A stretch of DNA of 64,000 bases from Salisapilia sapeloensis CBS 127946. Lineage: Eukaryota; Protista; Oomycota. The notes under the pieces are model-generated. The model worked only from the letters and a program-made list of their open reading frames with translations, did no database searches and was not told where the DNA came from. The stretch spans positions 5,014 to 69,013 of the forward strand of contig JAADVB010000082.1 in the NCBI GenBank assembly GCA_023334545.1, given 5' to 3'. This document shows, in pieces, positions 11,774-23,492 of this stretch. The translations under genes were made by a program, and so were the position numbers. Position 1 is the stretch's first letter. Every line of letters begins with the position of its first letter.

Positions 11774-13400
11774 CTAAAGTGTCTCCACCGTGCACGCCAG
11801 GCTCTCAGTCTCGGCAAGTGTCATCGCCATGTCGCACAGGGTGCCCTTCGGGTCGCTCACCATCTTGATTTCAAAGCTACTGAAAATGCTGGCCTAGGTG
11901 ATTTTCATCTCCGTGTATGCAAATGTTTTTAAAGACAGCGATGATTGCCAGCAGATACATGAACACGGTGAACACAAAATCGATGGTAGCATGCCTGTTA
12001 TATAATGGGATACATACAAAAGACTGGAAACTTGGCACGAGAAATGTTTTTGAGCTTTTCTCTGTTGTTCAGCCAGTATTCTGGTCTGAATTCTTCCGCG
12101 TCACCACCACACACAGAATTGGGGTGGCCTTCAGCATACAGATTGATACCAATCGCTACGTCGGATGAATTTAATGTGCCGTCGCGAAGAGTCGTGTCAC
12201 GAACGGCTGATCGGTCAGTCAACGTAGCGGCAGCATGCAGTCTCGGATTTTCTCAGACGGCAGACTGCAGATACATGAGCTTCGATAGCGCTTTCATCCT
12301 AAAATTCTCTCCTTTATCTGCAAAGATGTGCGGTACCCTTACACGCAACTCGAATTGAATCTTGTCGACGACGTGAGGATTCTTGTTCATTTCGATGGCA
12401 TACCACGACGATCTCACGGCCGTCGTGTCTTTGCCAACAAAGATAAAGTTGATGACCATATCTCGAATGGTTTCATGGTTGGTCTGGAGCTCTTTTACTC
12501 TATCAAGAGCTTGTATCTCATTTTTGAGGAACACGGAAATAAGGTATTTCGGTAGTGGGACACTGTCTTCACCTCCAAGAACTGCTGTCGAACGGAGCGC
12601 TCAATGACAAAATAGCAAACGTTGACAATTTCTTTTTATTGTTAGCAAGCAAGTCTTCTGTGTCAGTATTAAACTACCGCTTGAGTTTCCGGAACCATCG
12701 AGGCTGCACCTTTCGACAGCGAGCGGCAAAAGATACTTTCGAGTAAGCATCGATAACCTCGTTCGATTCATTTCCATTTAGCTTGTTGTCAATGCAAATT
12801 TACTCTACAACGGATGCAATCTTGATGAAAGCGTCTACAGAGTAGTGAGCCAACACCTCTCAGATGCTGCAGACTTCCTGTCGATAAGCATAGCTGTTGA
12901 GTACGTCTAGTAGCACAGCGTTTTTCTCGCGAATCATGTCAGGCATGACGTCTTTTACCATCTGAAGCAAAAAGAGAGGCTAGCTAGTACTCGTTGTGCA
13001 TTCCAGTCATCTCCGTCTAGATTGAGAACATCTACAGATAGGTATGAGCAACGATCGTATCGATCATATATGTGATGAGATAGATGCTAGTTCCTTAAAA
13101 TTCTTGATGTTTGGGTCGAGGGATTGGACTTCCCTCAAACCTATAGCCCTGTTTGTTCAGAACATCGTTTATGTGCCCCGGAGATGAAATAACCATCATC
13201 CATTGACGTCCTTGAATGTCGATCAGGTATGTTTTCCATTGAACTGTTGAGCGTTTTCGGTCATGTAGTGAAAGAAGCGAGTTGCCTGTCTCGCTGCAGT
13301 CAGCTTATAAACCCGAAGAGGACTGCAACCTCCTGCCTTTCTAATCTGCTTGCCACTAGGATCTAAGGCTTCCTTCTATCGCTTCAATAGCAAGTGATCA
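11774..13400 (-). pseudogene. Cytochrome P450 pseudogene (CYP86-clan-like oomycete type), multiple stops and frameshifts
   Basis: Minus-strand fragments occur in P450 order: YMTENAQQFNGKTY..VISSPGHINDVL; LNLDGDDWNAQRVLAS; MVKDVMPDMIREK; YSVDAFIKIASVVE*; QPRWFRKLKR*FNTDTE; I-helix NFIFVGKDTT; K-helix YLQSAVCESLRLH; EEFRPEYW; MKIT*ASIFSSF. The heme-binding FxxGxRxCxG motif is unrecognisable. Upstream boundary is approximate. Confidence 0.8.
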
Positions 13401-14683
13401 GTATAAACGACCATTACTGTAGGAACAGTAGCCGAATGAACTACTTTGGTTGTCGATCGATCACTAATAGCGTTCTCCATCGTTTGTAGGTGGACCGAGT
13501 CAAACGTGAAATGACAATAGCGCAAGATTTATTAATCAAAGGTACGTATTGTCAAAGATTGTGGAAACTTTGGAGCGCGTCTGAGTTCATTTGGCAGACG
13601 AGGATACCAGTACATTCACAAATGAGGTCGCTCTTCCGACGAATTGCTTAAGTGTTTGTACTTACACTCTCTTCTTTCCTGTCTATAGGGATTCGGCATG
13701 CCGACTTGCATCGACTGTTCCATCGAAATAATAGTAAGCTTGAATGATACAACTAAACTTTATATATGAGCAGTATCTATGTCATTACTCTTTCACGTAT
13801 GCAGGGACCTTCGCGACATGCTTGGATGCATCCAAGTGGTACAGTCAGCAGGTTGAATTAGGGTGGTGAGGAGTTTGCTAAGGCCTCTGCTTGCTGTGAT
13901 GACTCCAAGGTGCAAATGGCTTCCGGGTATTTCGGTCCTGCCGTTAGGGCATGAAGCAGTGCCATAAGCTTTCAAAAACCTCAGTTGCTTTCGTCTTAGT
14001 TTTGTTTTCGTTTCTCAGCGCTACCACAGCATGCACCCGCCAGCCAGTTGGGTTACTCTTTTAAGCTTTATTATCTCACTGTCCTCCTTGCCTGACGTTT
14101 ATGATGCATTTGGATTCAATCCTTTTTCAACGAAGGTGTACAAGCCACGGCTAACAAGTATTGCAGTGGGCATGAACAGCAGAAGCCAAGTTTTACCCTT
14201 GCATTAGTCAGAGCGTCAAAGTATGAAAGCGATACTAAGTGGAAAAGCTTCGTATTATAAACAACGAATGACCTGCTTGAGTAGGTTAATTAAGAGAGCA
14301 GTAGCTCAGGTAAGTGTAGCCGAGAGACAACTGAAGTTTGCTGTGAGTAATTCCCCAAACCAAATGCAAAGATGGCGAAAGTGACTAGCTATCCGCAACA
14401 AGGAATAGTACTCGACTGGAAACTTCGGCTTCTTCAAACTCAAGCATTTTAATGCTTTTGACTGATCCTGTTAATTTAATAGCTATGCCTTGTATAAATT
14501 CGCTTGCCAGTATGACAGGTTACTGCTCCTTTTGAGTTGACTTCCCAGGCCCGATTGCTGCTATCCATGTGGCTTTGCTACTTCCTATTCTATGTCCACT
14601 TCAATCACCGATCGTAGACGACTCAAGTATCTGCAATATCGACATGTATGATCACATCTACCTGTTCATTTGGGAGAGTATAG

Positions 14684-14697
14684 TCATTTTAGCTTTT
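14684..14697 (+). promoter_or_regulatory. Inr/FPR-like core promoter motif of the GH1 gene
   Basis: tcattttagctttt about 35 nt before the ATG at 14732; resembles the oomycete TCATTYYNCAWTTY consensus. Confidence 0.4.
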
Positions 14698-14731
14698 GCC
14701 AAGGATATTCCACAGCTCTGACAGCATAAGA

Positions 14732-16529
14732 ATGTTCCGACGTGCGTGGACATTGGCACTAGCTGCCACGGCTGCTTTCATGTCAGCGACCTCTGCTTCA
14801 GAAGACACAAAGTGTTTCCCAGACAACTTCCTCTTTGGTTCTGCTACGGCATCCTATCAAGTTGAAGGAGCAGTAGACGAAGGTGGACGTACCCCGAGTA
14901 TCTGGGACGAGTATGTCTTGCTATTCTCGTCAAAGTCGTTTCAATAGCTAATGAACTTGTATCAATAGTTTCTGTCGTGAAAAGGAAGACAGGGCATGTG
15001 CCAACGTTGCTGATGACTTCTACCACCGCTATGCTTCGGATGTGGACTTGATGATCGCTGACGGACATGACACCTTCCGTTTCTCAATCTCCTGGTCGCG
15101 TGTCATGAACTGGGACCCAGAGACCAAGCGGATGAAGCCCAACCCAGAGGGAATCAAATTCTACCACGCGCTAGTCGACAGACTCAACGCAAACAACATA
15201 GAGCCAATCCTCACAATCTACCACTGGGACCTTCCGTCGGAGCTGCACACGGAGCTCTCACCAGTAAGCTGGCTCAACCCGGAGATCGTCAGCCACTACA
15301 GTGAATACTCGACCCTCATCTTCCACGAGTTCGGACAAAAGGTCAAGTTCTGGTCTACTTTCAATGAACCGCTCGTCACGTCCTACTTTGGCTACGGCAC
15401 TGGACGCATGGCACCTGGTAGATCTGGTTCCGACACGGAAGCGTACATTGCCACGCATCACATCCTGCTTTCGCATGCTAGAGCTGTGAACAACTTCCGC
15501 GACCTTAAGACTGCTGGCGTCGTCCAGGAAGATGCTCGCATCGGTATTGTCATCCCAACGTGGGCTGCTTTCCCACTCGATCCGTCCAATCCGAAGGATG
15601 TGGAAGCCGCGGAACGTGTGAAAGACTTTACCATCAGCTGGTGGATGGAGCCGATCACGACGGGAGACTACCCTGCCGTCATGCGTGAACGCGTTGGCGA
15701 CCGACTTCCGCACTTCTCCGAGGAAGAGAAGGTGCTGCTCAAGGGCTCGTACGACTTGTTCATGCTCAACCACTACACGTCTCTCCTCGTGACGGACTGC
15801 GACTCGCCGACATCCAAGACGGACTGCAAGTCCCTCTTGCCTGGCTTTGACGCCGATCTCGGTGCTGACTGGCGAACGCAGTTCCCGGAAAACTCGATTA
15901 TGGCTGCCACAAACAAGAAGGGAGAGCAAAACTGCCCATTCTGGGCTGCCTACCCGGAAGGGTACATGCAAGTGATGAAGGGTATGCACAACTACGACAC
16001 GACTGCCGACATCCTTCTCACGGAGAACGGATACTGTGGCAATGAGGTGATTGAGAGCGAGGTGCAGCTCTGGTACTACCAGTCGTACCTCAACCAGGTG
16101 CACAAGGCAATCTACGAGGAGAACATCCCAATCATCGGATACACTGCCTGGTCGCTCTTGGACAACTACGAATGGGGATCCTTCAACCCACGCTTCGGTC
16201 TCTACTACGTCGACTTCCCACCGCAGGTCGGCTCGCACGAGCTCTACGAGCCCAAGCCTTCGGACCTAAAGCGCATTCCTCGTCCGAGCGCAACATGGTT
16301 TGCCAACCTTTCCAAGAGCAAATGCATGACGCAAGAGCTCGTGGATGTCCCGACGAGCGACATCGTCAAGGGAACGCAGCACGCGACCAACTTGGCCGCG
16401 ACGGTCGTTCCACAGTCGAATGTTTCGACGGAAATGGTTGGACTCGTTGGTGCGATCGGCCTCGTCGCTGGTGTCGTTGCTTTGGTGGCAATGAAGCAGC
16501 GCCGTCAGGAATACAGTCCTGTAGCTTAG
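14732..16529 (+). CDS. Glycoside hydrolase family 1 beta-glucosidase with signal peptide and C-terminal transmembrane anchor, 2 exons
   Basis: Exons 14732-14910 and 14969-16529 (58-nt intron). Motifs [34 protein letters not shown] (acid/base), LLTENG (nucleophile), [11 protein letters not shown] segment followed by [11 protein letters not shown]. Confidence 0.93.
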
Positions 16530-19076
16530 ATGAGTCGTTCGAATGCGAGACCGTAGGCTCAACTATAATCAATGGACGTGACTTGACACCACTTCGTTAT
16601 ACGTGAAGAGTTTTGACTACGCATTTGGAGTAATGCTTCCATTCGTTAGCGCGCCCAAGGCATGTAGATCTATCGCTACATGTATGGAAAGCGTATAAGT
16701 TACCAGATCGAACAATTCACTGGACAAGAACTCGCAGACGGCCGTGAATCTCTGATCGTTGGAAGCGATACAGCTTTTCGTTCTTGGTCTGTTGGCGTCG
16801 CATTGGTGATGATTGAAAGTGATTGAAAGGAAAAAGACATGACTTTTGTAAAATTTACATGAGTGTCATGCGGAGGGATCACACGAGTGGAAATCTAGTG
16901 AAAGGGGGTGAACACGACAGCACAAAGTAAGCACAAAGACAAACAAATCGGCAAAGAGGCGAGAAGGATGCAATAGAGTTCATGAACTACGTGTACTATG
17001 AGAGCAGTCAAAGCACCAAGATGTCCGAGGTCTACATTAAGCGCATAGGAGAGCTCATCGGATTATACAGCTAATGTGAGTGAAGCGTACGAGGTGCGCT
17101 ACTGCTTGATGGTGACACGGCATACTTTGCCATCATCAGACAGAAACCAAGAGACTAGCCTCGTTGTCGAAAATCTGAATCGTCCAAAGATCATAAAAAG
17201 GAAGCTGGAGTCTGCCGTGAGTCTCAAACTGAGTGCAGTGTCGATGAAGGCTATCGATATAGAAAAGATAATGCAGCGAAGGATATGAATGGAAACGACA
17301 ACGGTGAAGATATTGAGCATAACGTTGGTTAAGGCAATAGAGAAGACGCATATGAAAGCGACAAGAATGAAGTCATCAAATGGAATGCGGATCGTGTACA
17401 TGAAAGGAGATGTCAAAGCAACGCTGAAAGTGAAGGCAATGTAGACGAAGGAAGCAATGACGACGAGTACGATCGAAAAAGGGATAACCAAAGCGACGAT
17501 GAGTGAACGAGTTAGAATGACGAGGATGAGGAAGCTATTTGCATTGACGGTAATGAGATGAATGTGGAAGTCAATCTAGATGGAAAGCAGCTAATTGTGT
17601 GAGTCCAGTGGAGCAAATGACGAATCGCCTTCTGGATGATGATAATGATGACGATAAATCCAAGGCAGCTTCGGATAGTTCGAAAAGGGATAGAGGGCTG
17701 GACATCAACGAAGGGATTACGAGGACGAAAAATCTACAAGCAGGAGGCGGTGTCTCTCCCGACCACCTTCTTTAGCCTTTTGCTCAAGACGTTCGCCAGT
17801 ACATCGCTTGTGGTTTTTCAATAGGAAAGTCGACGACTTAGACAGCTAGTCTGGTAGCAACCGGGATTATACACATGCAAGTGTGGCAGTGACGGTAGCA
17901 GCAATGCTGAGCTAGATGCTGGTGCAGATACTCATGTTGAAGATCGGAATGATGATCAAAACGATGGGATGGAAGCAGACAGAGACAAGCGAGTGAGTAC
18001 ACAAGCACGGTATGGAATCCTAGCGGACGTCATATCTATAGTTAAAAGCTATGAAAGCACAACAGTCATCCAACTGCACGGTACGACGAAGTCTGCATGC
18101 ACAATTTTCACTTGGTAGCTGGTAGCTGCATAGATGTGTATGCACATGATGCATTCATGATCGCTTCAAGGACATGAAGGAGTATCAGTGCGACAAATGG
18201 ACCAGGTGGGAGATTTGCAAGTTGCAAGTTTCCAGTGCCTTTGCTCGGAGGATTTTCAATACGTGAGATCCTATCGTGCATCAGCTTCTGGTCTCTTCTA
18301 CTTGTATAAAGATGCTTACATGAATTTGCGTATCACATGAGACCTGGGTACGCAGCATCCAAGCATAGAGTAGTGATGATGATATCTCATGGCATGACCA
18401 ATGATGCATGGGATCCGCTACTTCGACCTTTCATCCCATGTACCATAAAAACCCAAGTCCACGTCTCCTTGTTGGATGCAAACGATCTCAGCAACCAAGA
18501 AGTGTTGGCAAGAGATTTGTCGCGAGTGGAAACCTCAAGTCTGGTACTTGATGACTCAACTCGCCTTGAAATTAGTCACGAGAGCAAACACTTGCCACTA
18601 TAGTGCGTAACGCTCTCTTTCATCTCGCCTTCACCAATCATGAGCATAAAGCGTCTGCATATTCTGCGAGATGTCGCTTCCACTCGACATCTGGTCTCAC
18701 CAACACTGTCAGGCGTCCAGTGTCGGACCAGAGGAAAAAGGCGTCGCAATTGCTCCATCCCCATACTCTTCTAAAGATACCTTGCAGACACGAGCAGTCT
18801 TCTCGCACTCGCCACAATCGAGCAGCGCATACGAGAGACGTCCTGTCTCTCGCCAGTCGCGTCCACGTCTCTTCACAGAACATGGCTACGCTCGCCACGT
18901 CTCAAATTCCAACGATCCGTTGACCGCTTGTCCGGATAAAGTAGCGTGACGGCAGAGATGTGCTGTGGGCGCGTAGACTGCCCTGGTCCCTGCCTCCCTT
19001 CATGCGTTCTATTTACTTCCTCGAGTACTAGTTAACACTATACCAGCCAACGTCCATTCTCTCTTTTCTACCCTCC

Positions 19077-21050
19077 ATGGCGGTCGCACACGTACCCGTG
19101 TCGAGGCTCAGTGATGCCTTGGGCAATGCCAATTTCCACAAGTCGGCCAGTCCTGCCCCAAGTGTCCAAGTACGGGACCTTACGGCCCTCTTGCAAGTCG
19201 CGATCACCGTCCAAGACGTTGGCTATGACGCTTCACGGATGGAGCGACCAGAATACCTCATTTCGTCCAACGTGACATTTACATGTCGGCAGCGAGGGAG
19301 TGAACAGCTCGAGTCGTCGTGGGCAGTCTATCGGTCCTTTGAGGAATTCATGGCTCTCGACGCACAGTTACGACAGCACTATCCGACACTCATGACAGCC
19401 ATTCCTCCGCCAAAGCAGCATCGGAGTCGAGCACTCTTCGGTCTCCATCGCCAGAAACGCTTTCTCGATCGCCGACGAGCGGAGCTGAACGAGTACTTGG
19501 CACAGCTACAGGCACACACGTCGCTACGTCTCAGTCGATTCATCGACCCTCGAGCTCCACTCGTCCTCCGCTGGTTCTGTGACTTTGACGCAGGCTTCGG
19601 ACGCAACCTTCGTGTCCGACGAAACCAATTTGCCGGCTGCGTCCTCTCGCTCGACCATCTTCGAGACACAAAGTCCGAGTCCTTCTTACGCAGCGGGAGC
19701 ATGAGTCTCCTAGACGAAGAGCGGGAGTCGCCGGACTTTTTCCCTCGGTCTAGGATACGCGGTCGAAGGTGGTCCACTGGTGCCATGAGCAGCATGGACA
19801 TGGATGCCGAGAGCGAGGTTCAGTACCGACAGAGCGATCTGCAGCAGCACGAGCAAAAGCGAGATGCGTATCGATCCGAGCGACAGGTAAGCGACTGTGA
19901 GTTCGATGAGCTCGAAGCGAACCTCATGGACGATCGGGAGAGGGACATGGGCATCTGCTGCAAGTACGCCTGTGCCTGCCATCGCTCTCCCTTTCGCATC
20001 GCTTACAACCGCATGGGTCGCATCCTCCAGCTTCAGGGGTATAAGGAGGTGTACGCGCCACCGCTCGAGTCTTCCTCCGCCCTTTACTGCATCCTATGTG
20101 AGCTCCAGAGGTACAACGACCTGGACCAGCGGCTCTTCGAAGCCATGCACAGTCGCGACGACAGCATGTCCTCTCGGCCTTCGGAAGATGAAGCCGTGCT
20201 ACATCGACGTCGATCGAGTACTATAAGCAAGAGTGGGCAGCTGCAGCAGCCGAATGAAGAGCAGATTGAGAAGGGAGCCTTGCTGCTTCGACAGGCAGTG
20301 GCCAACTATGGACTCTTGTACGCCGAAGAGATCCGTCGGCACTTTGACATGACGCTGATTGAGCTCAAGAAGAAGCTGCATGCATTCCGGAATGAGCGCC
20401 GGCCGCGTGTCGGGCGTCTCGAACTCGCCATCTTGTCCACGATGCTGGACACGTCCATGACGCTCGTGACGAACGACCACGACGGGAGTATACAGACGCT
20501 GGAGCCTTTAGAGCATCTCGAACCGATTCGGAGAGGAGGGCGAATCCACATGCTGCTAGCCTACGTCCTCCCGACCGTCTACTACGTCCATGGGTACTAC
20601 ATGCTCCTCGGTACTTCCTCCGAGAGCGAGACGGAGGACGAGGATGACATCCGACCGGAACGGCTGTGGCTCGGTCTAGAGGAGATGGACCGAGTCTTCC
20701 TCTCGTGCATCGACAGCGTCATGCGGACAGACCTCAGTGCGCTCAACGCCTTTGACGACGACGCCGCGGAGGCCTTGAACCGAGCCATCTTGGAAGCTGT
20801 ATGGGACGACTGTCAGCACAATCCCAACCTCTTCCACCTCTTCCAGCTCCAAGCACGGCAGTTTGGCAAGAGCCGTACGTCCGCGACGTTCTTTGTCCAG
20901 TATCTCGAAGTCGCGTTTGGTATCTCTGGCGCCATGTATCTCGTGGACTTTTTGCTGCATGTCCTACCTGAAGAAGAGCTGCGAAAACAATTGTATCGCG
21001 CGAGATGGTTTCGATTACGAAGACACGTCGTAAAAAGATTAGCTGTATGA
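19077..21050 (+). CDS. PX (phox homology) domain protein with a C-terminal OTU-like region
   Basis: 657-aa ORF. PX motifs WAVYRSFEEFMALDAQL..PPPK..FLDRRRAELNEYL. OTU-like pattern at about 20037-20610 (see findings). Confidence 0.75.
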   Translation: MAVAHVPVSRLSDALGNANFHKSASPAPSVQVRDLTALLQVAITVQDVGYDASRMERPEYLISSNVTFTCRQRGSEQLESSWAVYRSFEEFMALDAQLRQHYPTLMTAIPPPKQHRSRALFGLHRQKRFLDRRRAELNEYLAQLQAHTSLRLSRFIDPRAPLVLRWFCDFDAGFGRNLRVRRNQFAGCVLSLDHLRDTKSESFLRSGSMSLLDEERESPDFFPRSRIRGRRWSTGAMSSMDMDAESEVQYRQSDLQQHEQKRDAYRSERQVSDCEFDELEANLMDDRERDMGICCKYACACHRSPFRIAYNRMGRILQLQGYKEVYAPPLESSSALYCILCELQRYNDLDQRLFEAMHSRDDSMSSRPSEDEAVLHRRRSSTISKSGQLQQPNEEQIEKGALLLRQAVANYGLLYAEEIRRHFDMTLIELKKKLHAFRNERRPRVGRLELAILSTMLDTSMTLVTNDHDGSIQTLEPLEHLEPIRRGGRIHMLLAYVLPTVYYVHGYYMLLGTSSESETEDEDDIRPERLWLGLEEMDRVFLSCIDSVMRTDLSALNAFDDDAAEALNRAILEAVWDDCQHNPNLFHLFQLQARQFGKSRTSATFFVQYLEVAFGISGAMYLVDFLLHVLPEEELRKQLYRARWFRLRRHVVKRLAV

Positions 21051-21085
21051 TAATTTCTTCCTTGCCAATGTACCTACAACTACCT

Positions 21086-21896
21086 CTAGCTCGTATGTCT
21101 TGCGCATAGCACGTAGTCGAATCCGAATTCTGTACGTGGAAACTTGGCCTCGGCTTCTTTCAACACTCGCTCTAACGCTTTCTCGAGCTCCGATGCGAGA
21201 CGACGGTCCGACACGAGGTGGAGATGTCTTCGACCGACGTCCAGCTGACGCTTGATCGTCGCAGGAGTATAGACGTTGGCGAATCGGACGGACGAAGAGA
21301 CCTCCAAAGACTCGAGTCGTATCTGCCGCTCGCACCAGGACATGGGGAACTCGCGATAGACACTCGTGCCAGCCACGAGCAGACAAGCGTCGCGTAGTCG
21401 CTGCATCTCCTTCACCACTCGATGGCTGTCGGTAGTGGCAGGTACCTCGGAGATCGGCTCGAGACCAACGAGGTAGAGTCGGCCGTTCGGAGCCAAGTGC
21501 TGCACCAGCCTCGACATCATGCTCTCCTGGTAGTACGGCGCAAAGCCTTCTACGGACCCGATGAGGTAGTCTAGCCAGCATTAGACAGTCCTAGTCGTAC
21601 TAGTAGAAGGGGAATGTACCAGCTATGACGACGTCGTAAGTCTTGTCCTGGAGAAGCGTTGGGTCTTTCCAGTTACCACTCAAGACGCTCACATGTTCTC
21701 GACCGTACTTGTCTCGGAGCTCCTTGGCCAGTGACGCCTCCCCCGTGACAGCAGTCAAGGACGCCACCTCCCCTGACAATGACGTGAGCCATGACAGCGA
21801 ATGGTGTCCTGTACCTGCATCCAGAACATGTCCCCACGGCCTCCTTTCCTCCTTCTCCTGCGTCTCAATCCATTCAAACAGCACATCGGACGTCAT
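21086..21896 (-). CDS. Class I SAM-dependent methyltransferase of a bacterial-like family, 2 exons
   Basis: Exons 21896-21620 and 21570-21086 (49-nt intron). Motif I VLDAGTGHHSLSW; GNWKDP; DVVIADYLIGSVEGFAPYYQ; GRLYLVGLEP; RDACLLVAG..YREFP. Confidence 0.8.
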
Positions 21897-22006
21897 CTTG
21901 GTATCTCCAACCGCTGCTGTCTAGCTATAGATCCGAGGTGTACATGTATCTATCGAGTACCTCTACCAAAGCCATGAAGAACAAGACAAGAGAGAAGAAA
22001 CTTGTA

Positions 22007-23365
22007 TTACTTGGTATCTTCATGGAAGACGATGAAAATAGACAAGAGGAGGACGCCGAACATCATGCTAAAGGCACTCGCATAGTACGGATACGCCGCC
22101 GGGATAAAACGTTCATACTCATTGTGCTTGAACGGACGGAGCGACACTTGCGTCGACGACTCCAACGTCGAGAGGCCATGACGACGATACACGACGCGGA
22201 ACTGGAAGATCCCGTACTGATCCGGCGCTTCAAACGTCACGTGATACTGTCCGCTCCCATCGTGCCCCAAGGTCGTACGGACGTACGGATCCAACATGAC
22301 AAACTCCAACTGGACATCCTCCGCCTTGAACGCATGCCACTTGCCATCCGAAAACTCTTCCAAGACACACGAAAACGTCAGATTGTCCTTGACGCGATAC
22401 ACGAGCGAGTCACGCGCGACTTCGGCGTCCGGGTACAGCGTCAGCGGCTGGTCCGGACGATCCACGTCGCTCAGCATCTTGGCCGGGGCACTCCCGTCCG
22501 CACGCTGGTGACGAATGTCTTTCATGCGCAAGACGCCTCGCTCCTGGAACACCCAGCGACTGAGATAGTCGCTCAGCTCCTCGTTCCCGTATGAAGGCTG
22601 GAAGTAGGCGTCACTAAATAGGTCCAAGGACCCAGAGAAGACAATACGGGCGTTGTTACGAGCCTGAAGAGCTGTCACGAGACCCAGGTCCTGGCTCGCA
22701 GCGACCTGGTTCTTGGCAATAGCCTTCGGAGACACTGGTTTCGTCGGGCTGGAAGAGTACGCTGACGATGGAGCGTGGACTATGTGGAAGTTGAGGATGC
22801 TCTCCTCTTCGATGCGCATGCCGAGGCCAGAGAAAGCGATGGGCTTGGCCTCCTGCGCCAGGGACGGACCGACGACGCGGTCCAGAGGCGTGATGGACGA
22901 AGACGCGACGACGGCGTCGTAAAGCTCACTGTCGGCATCTAGTCCCTTGACAGGGTGCACGTGGTCCATGACGACCGTCCCCTTCTTCTCGAACTCGACG
23001 CCACATTCGCGAGCAAACTGGCGCTGGAGCTTGGTCAGACGCCAGCTCGACGACAGGAGGATATTGCCGCCTTGTTCGACGAAATGAAGGAGCTCCGGTA
23101 CGCCGATGCTACTCAGCTTCTTCTGAGGAGCAAAGAGGATGAGGTTATCAAAGGCACGCTCGCCGTAGATGGTGAGAGGCGGCTCCGTCGTGTGGATCTC
23201 GACGTCATGGCCACGGCCTCGAAGCAGCGATACGAACTTGGAATGCGTGTTCTCAATGTCGCTCGACTCGGCAATGATAGCTGTGCGAGTGGCCATAGCA
23301 GAGGCATGCACCATGGTGCCGACGCATAGCGCCCATAGCGTCAGGAGCGTAGTAGATCGCGTCAT
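22007..23365 (-). CDS. WBP1: Oligosaccharyltransferase 48 kDa subunit (OST48/WBP1/DDOST)
   Basis: Signal peptide; THSKF..L..RGH; ALQARNNARIVFSGSLDLFSD; VQLEFVMLDPYVR; PDQYGIFQFRVVYRRHG; RPFKHNEYERFIPAAYPYY plus TM segment. Confidence 0.95.
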   Translation of the reverse strand: MTRSTTLLTLWALCVGTMVHASAMATRTAIIAESSDIENTHSKFVSLLRGRGHDVEIHTTEPPLTIYGERAFDNLILFAPQKKLSSIGVPELLHFVEQGGNILLSSSWRLTKLQRQFARECGVEFEKKGTVVMDHVHPVKGLDADSELYDAVVASSSITPLDRVVGPSLAQEAKPIAFSGLGMRIEEESILNFHIVHAPSSAYSSSPTKPVSPKAIAKNQVAASQDLGLVTALQARNNARIVFSGSLDLFSDAYFQPSYGNEELSDYLSRWVFQERGVLRMKDIRHQRADGSAPAKMLSDVDRPDQPLTLYPDAEVARDSLVYRVKDNLTFSCVLEEFSDGKWHAFKAEDVQLEFVMLDPYVRTTLGHDGSGQYHVTFEAPDQYGIFQFRVVYRRHGLSTLESSTQVSLRPFKHNEYERFIPAAYPYYASAFSMMFGVLLLSIFIVFHEDTK

Positions 23366-23492
23366 GCTGCTTAATGAACCACACGTGGCCCGTATCCACT
23401 TTATTACGCTCTCTTACGATAGTTCAACGGGACGAAGCGTCCAAGCGTATACTTTGTTCTAGATTAACCGATCTTGAAAGGGTGTGGTAACC

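Noticed and set aside
13450-14650. Possible decayed gene between the P450 pseudogene and GH1
   Set aside because: Only short broken frames with no identifiable motif.
17099-17491. 130-aa hydrophobic ORF on the minus strand resembling a membrane protein
   Set aside because: It is the antisense shadow of a GA-rich D/E-coding decayed frame; no family motif.
21791-23329. Long antisense ORFs over WBP1 and other GC-rich genes (e.g. 15258-16238, 26595-27305, 30817-31431)
   Set aside because: Expected shadows of GC3-rich codon usage; no independent domain signal.
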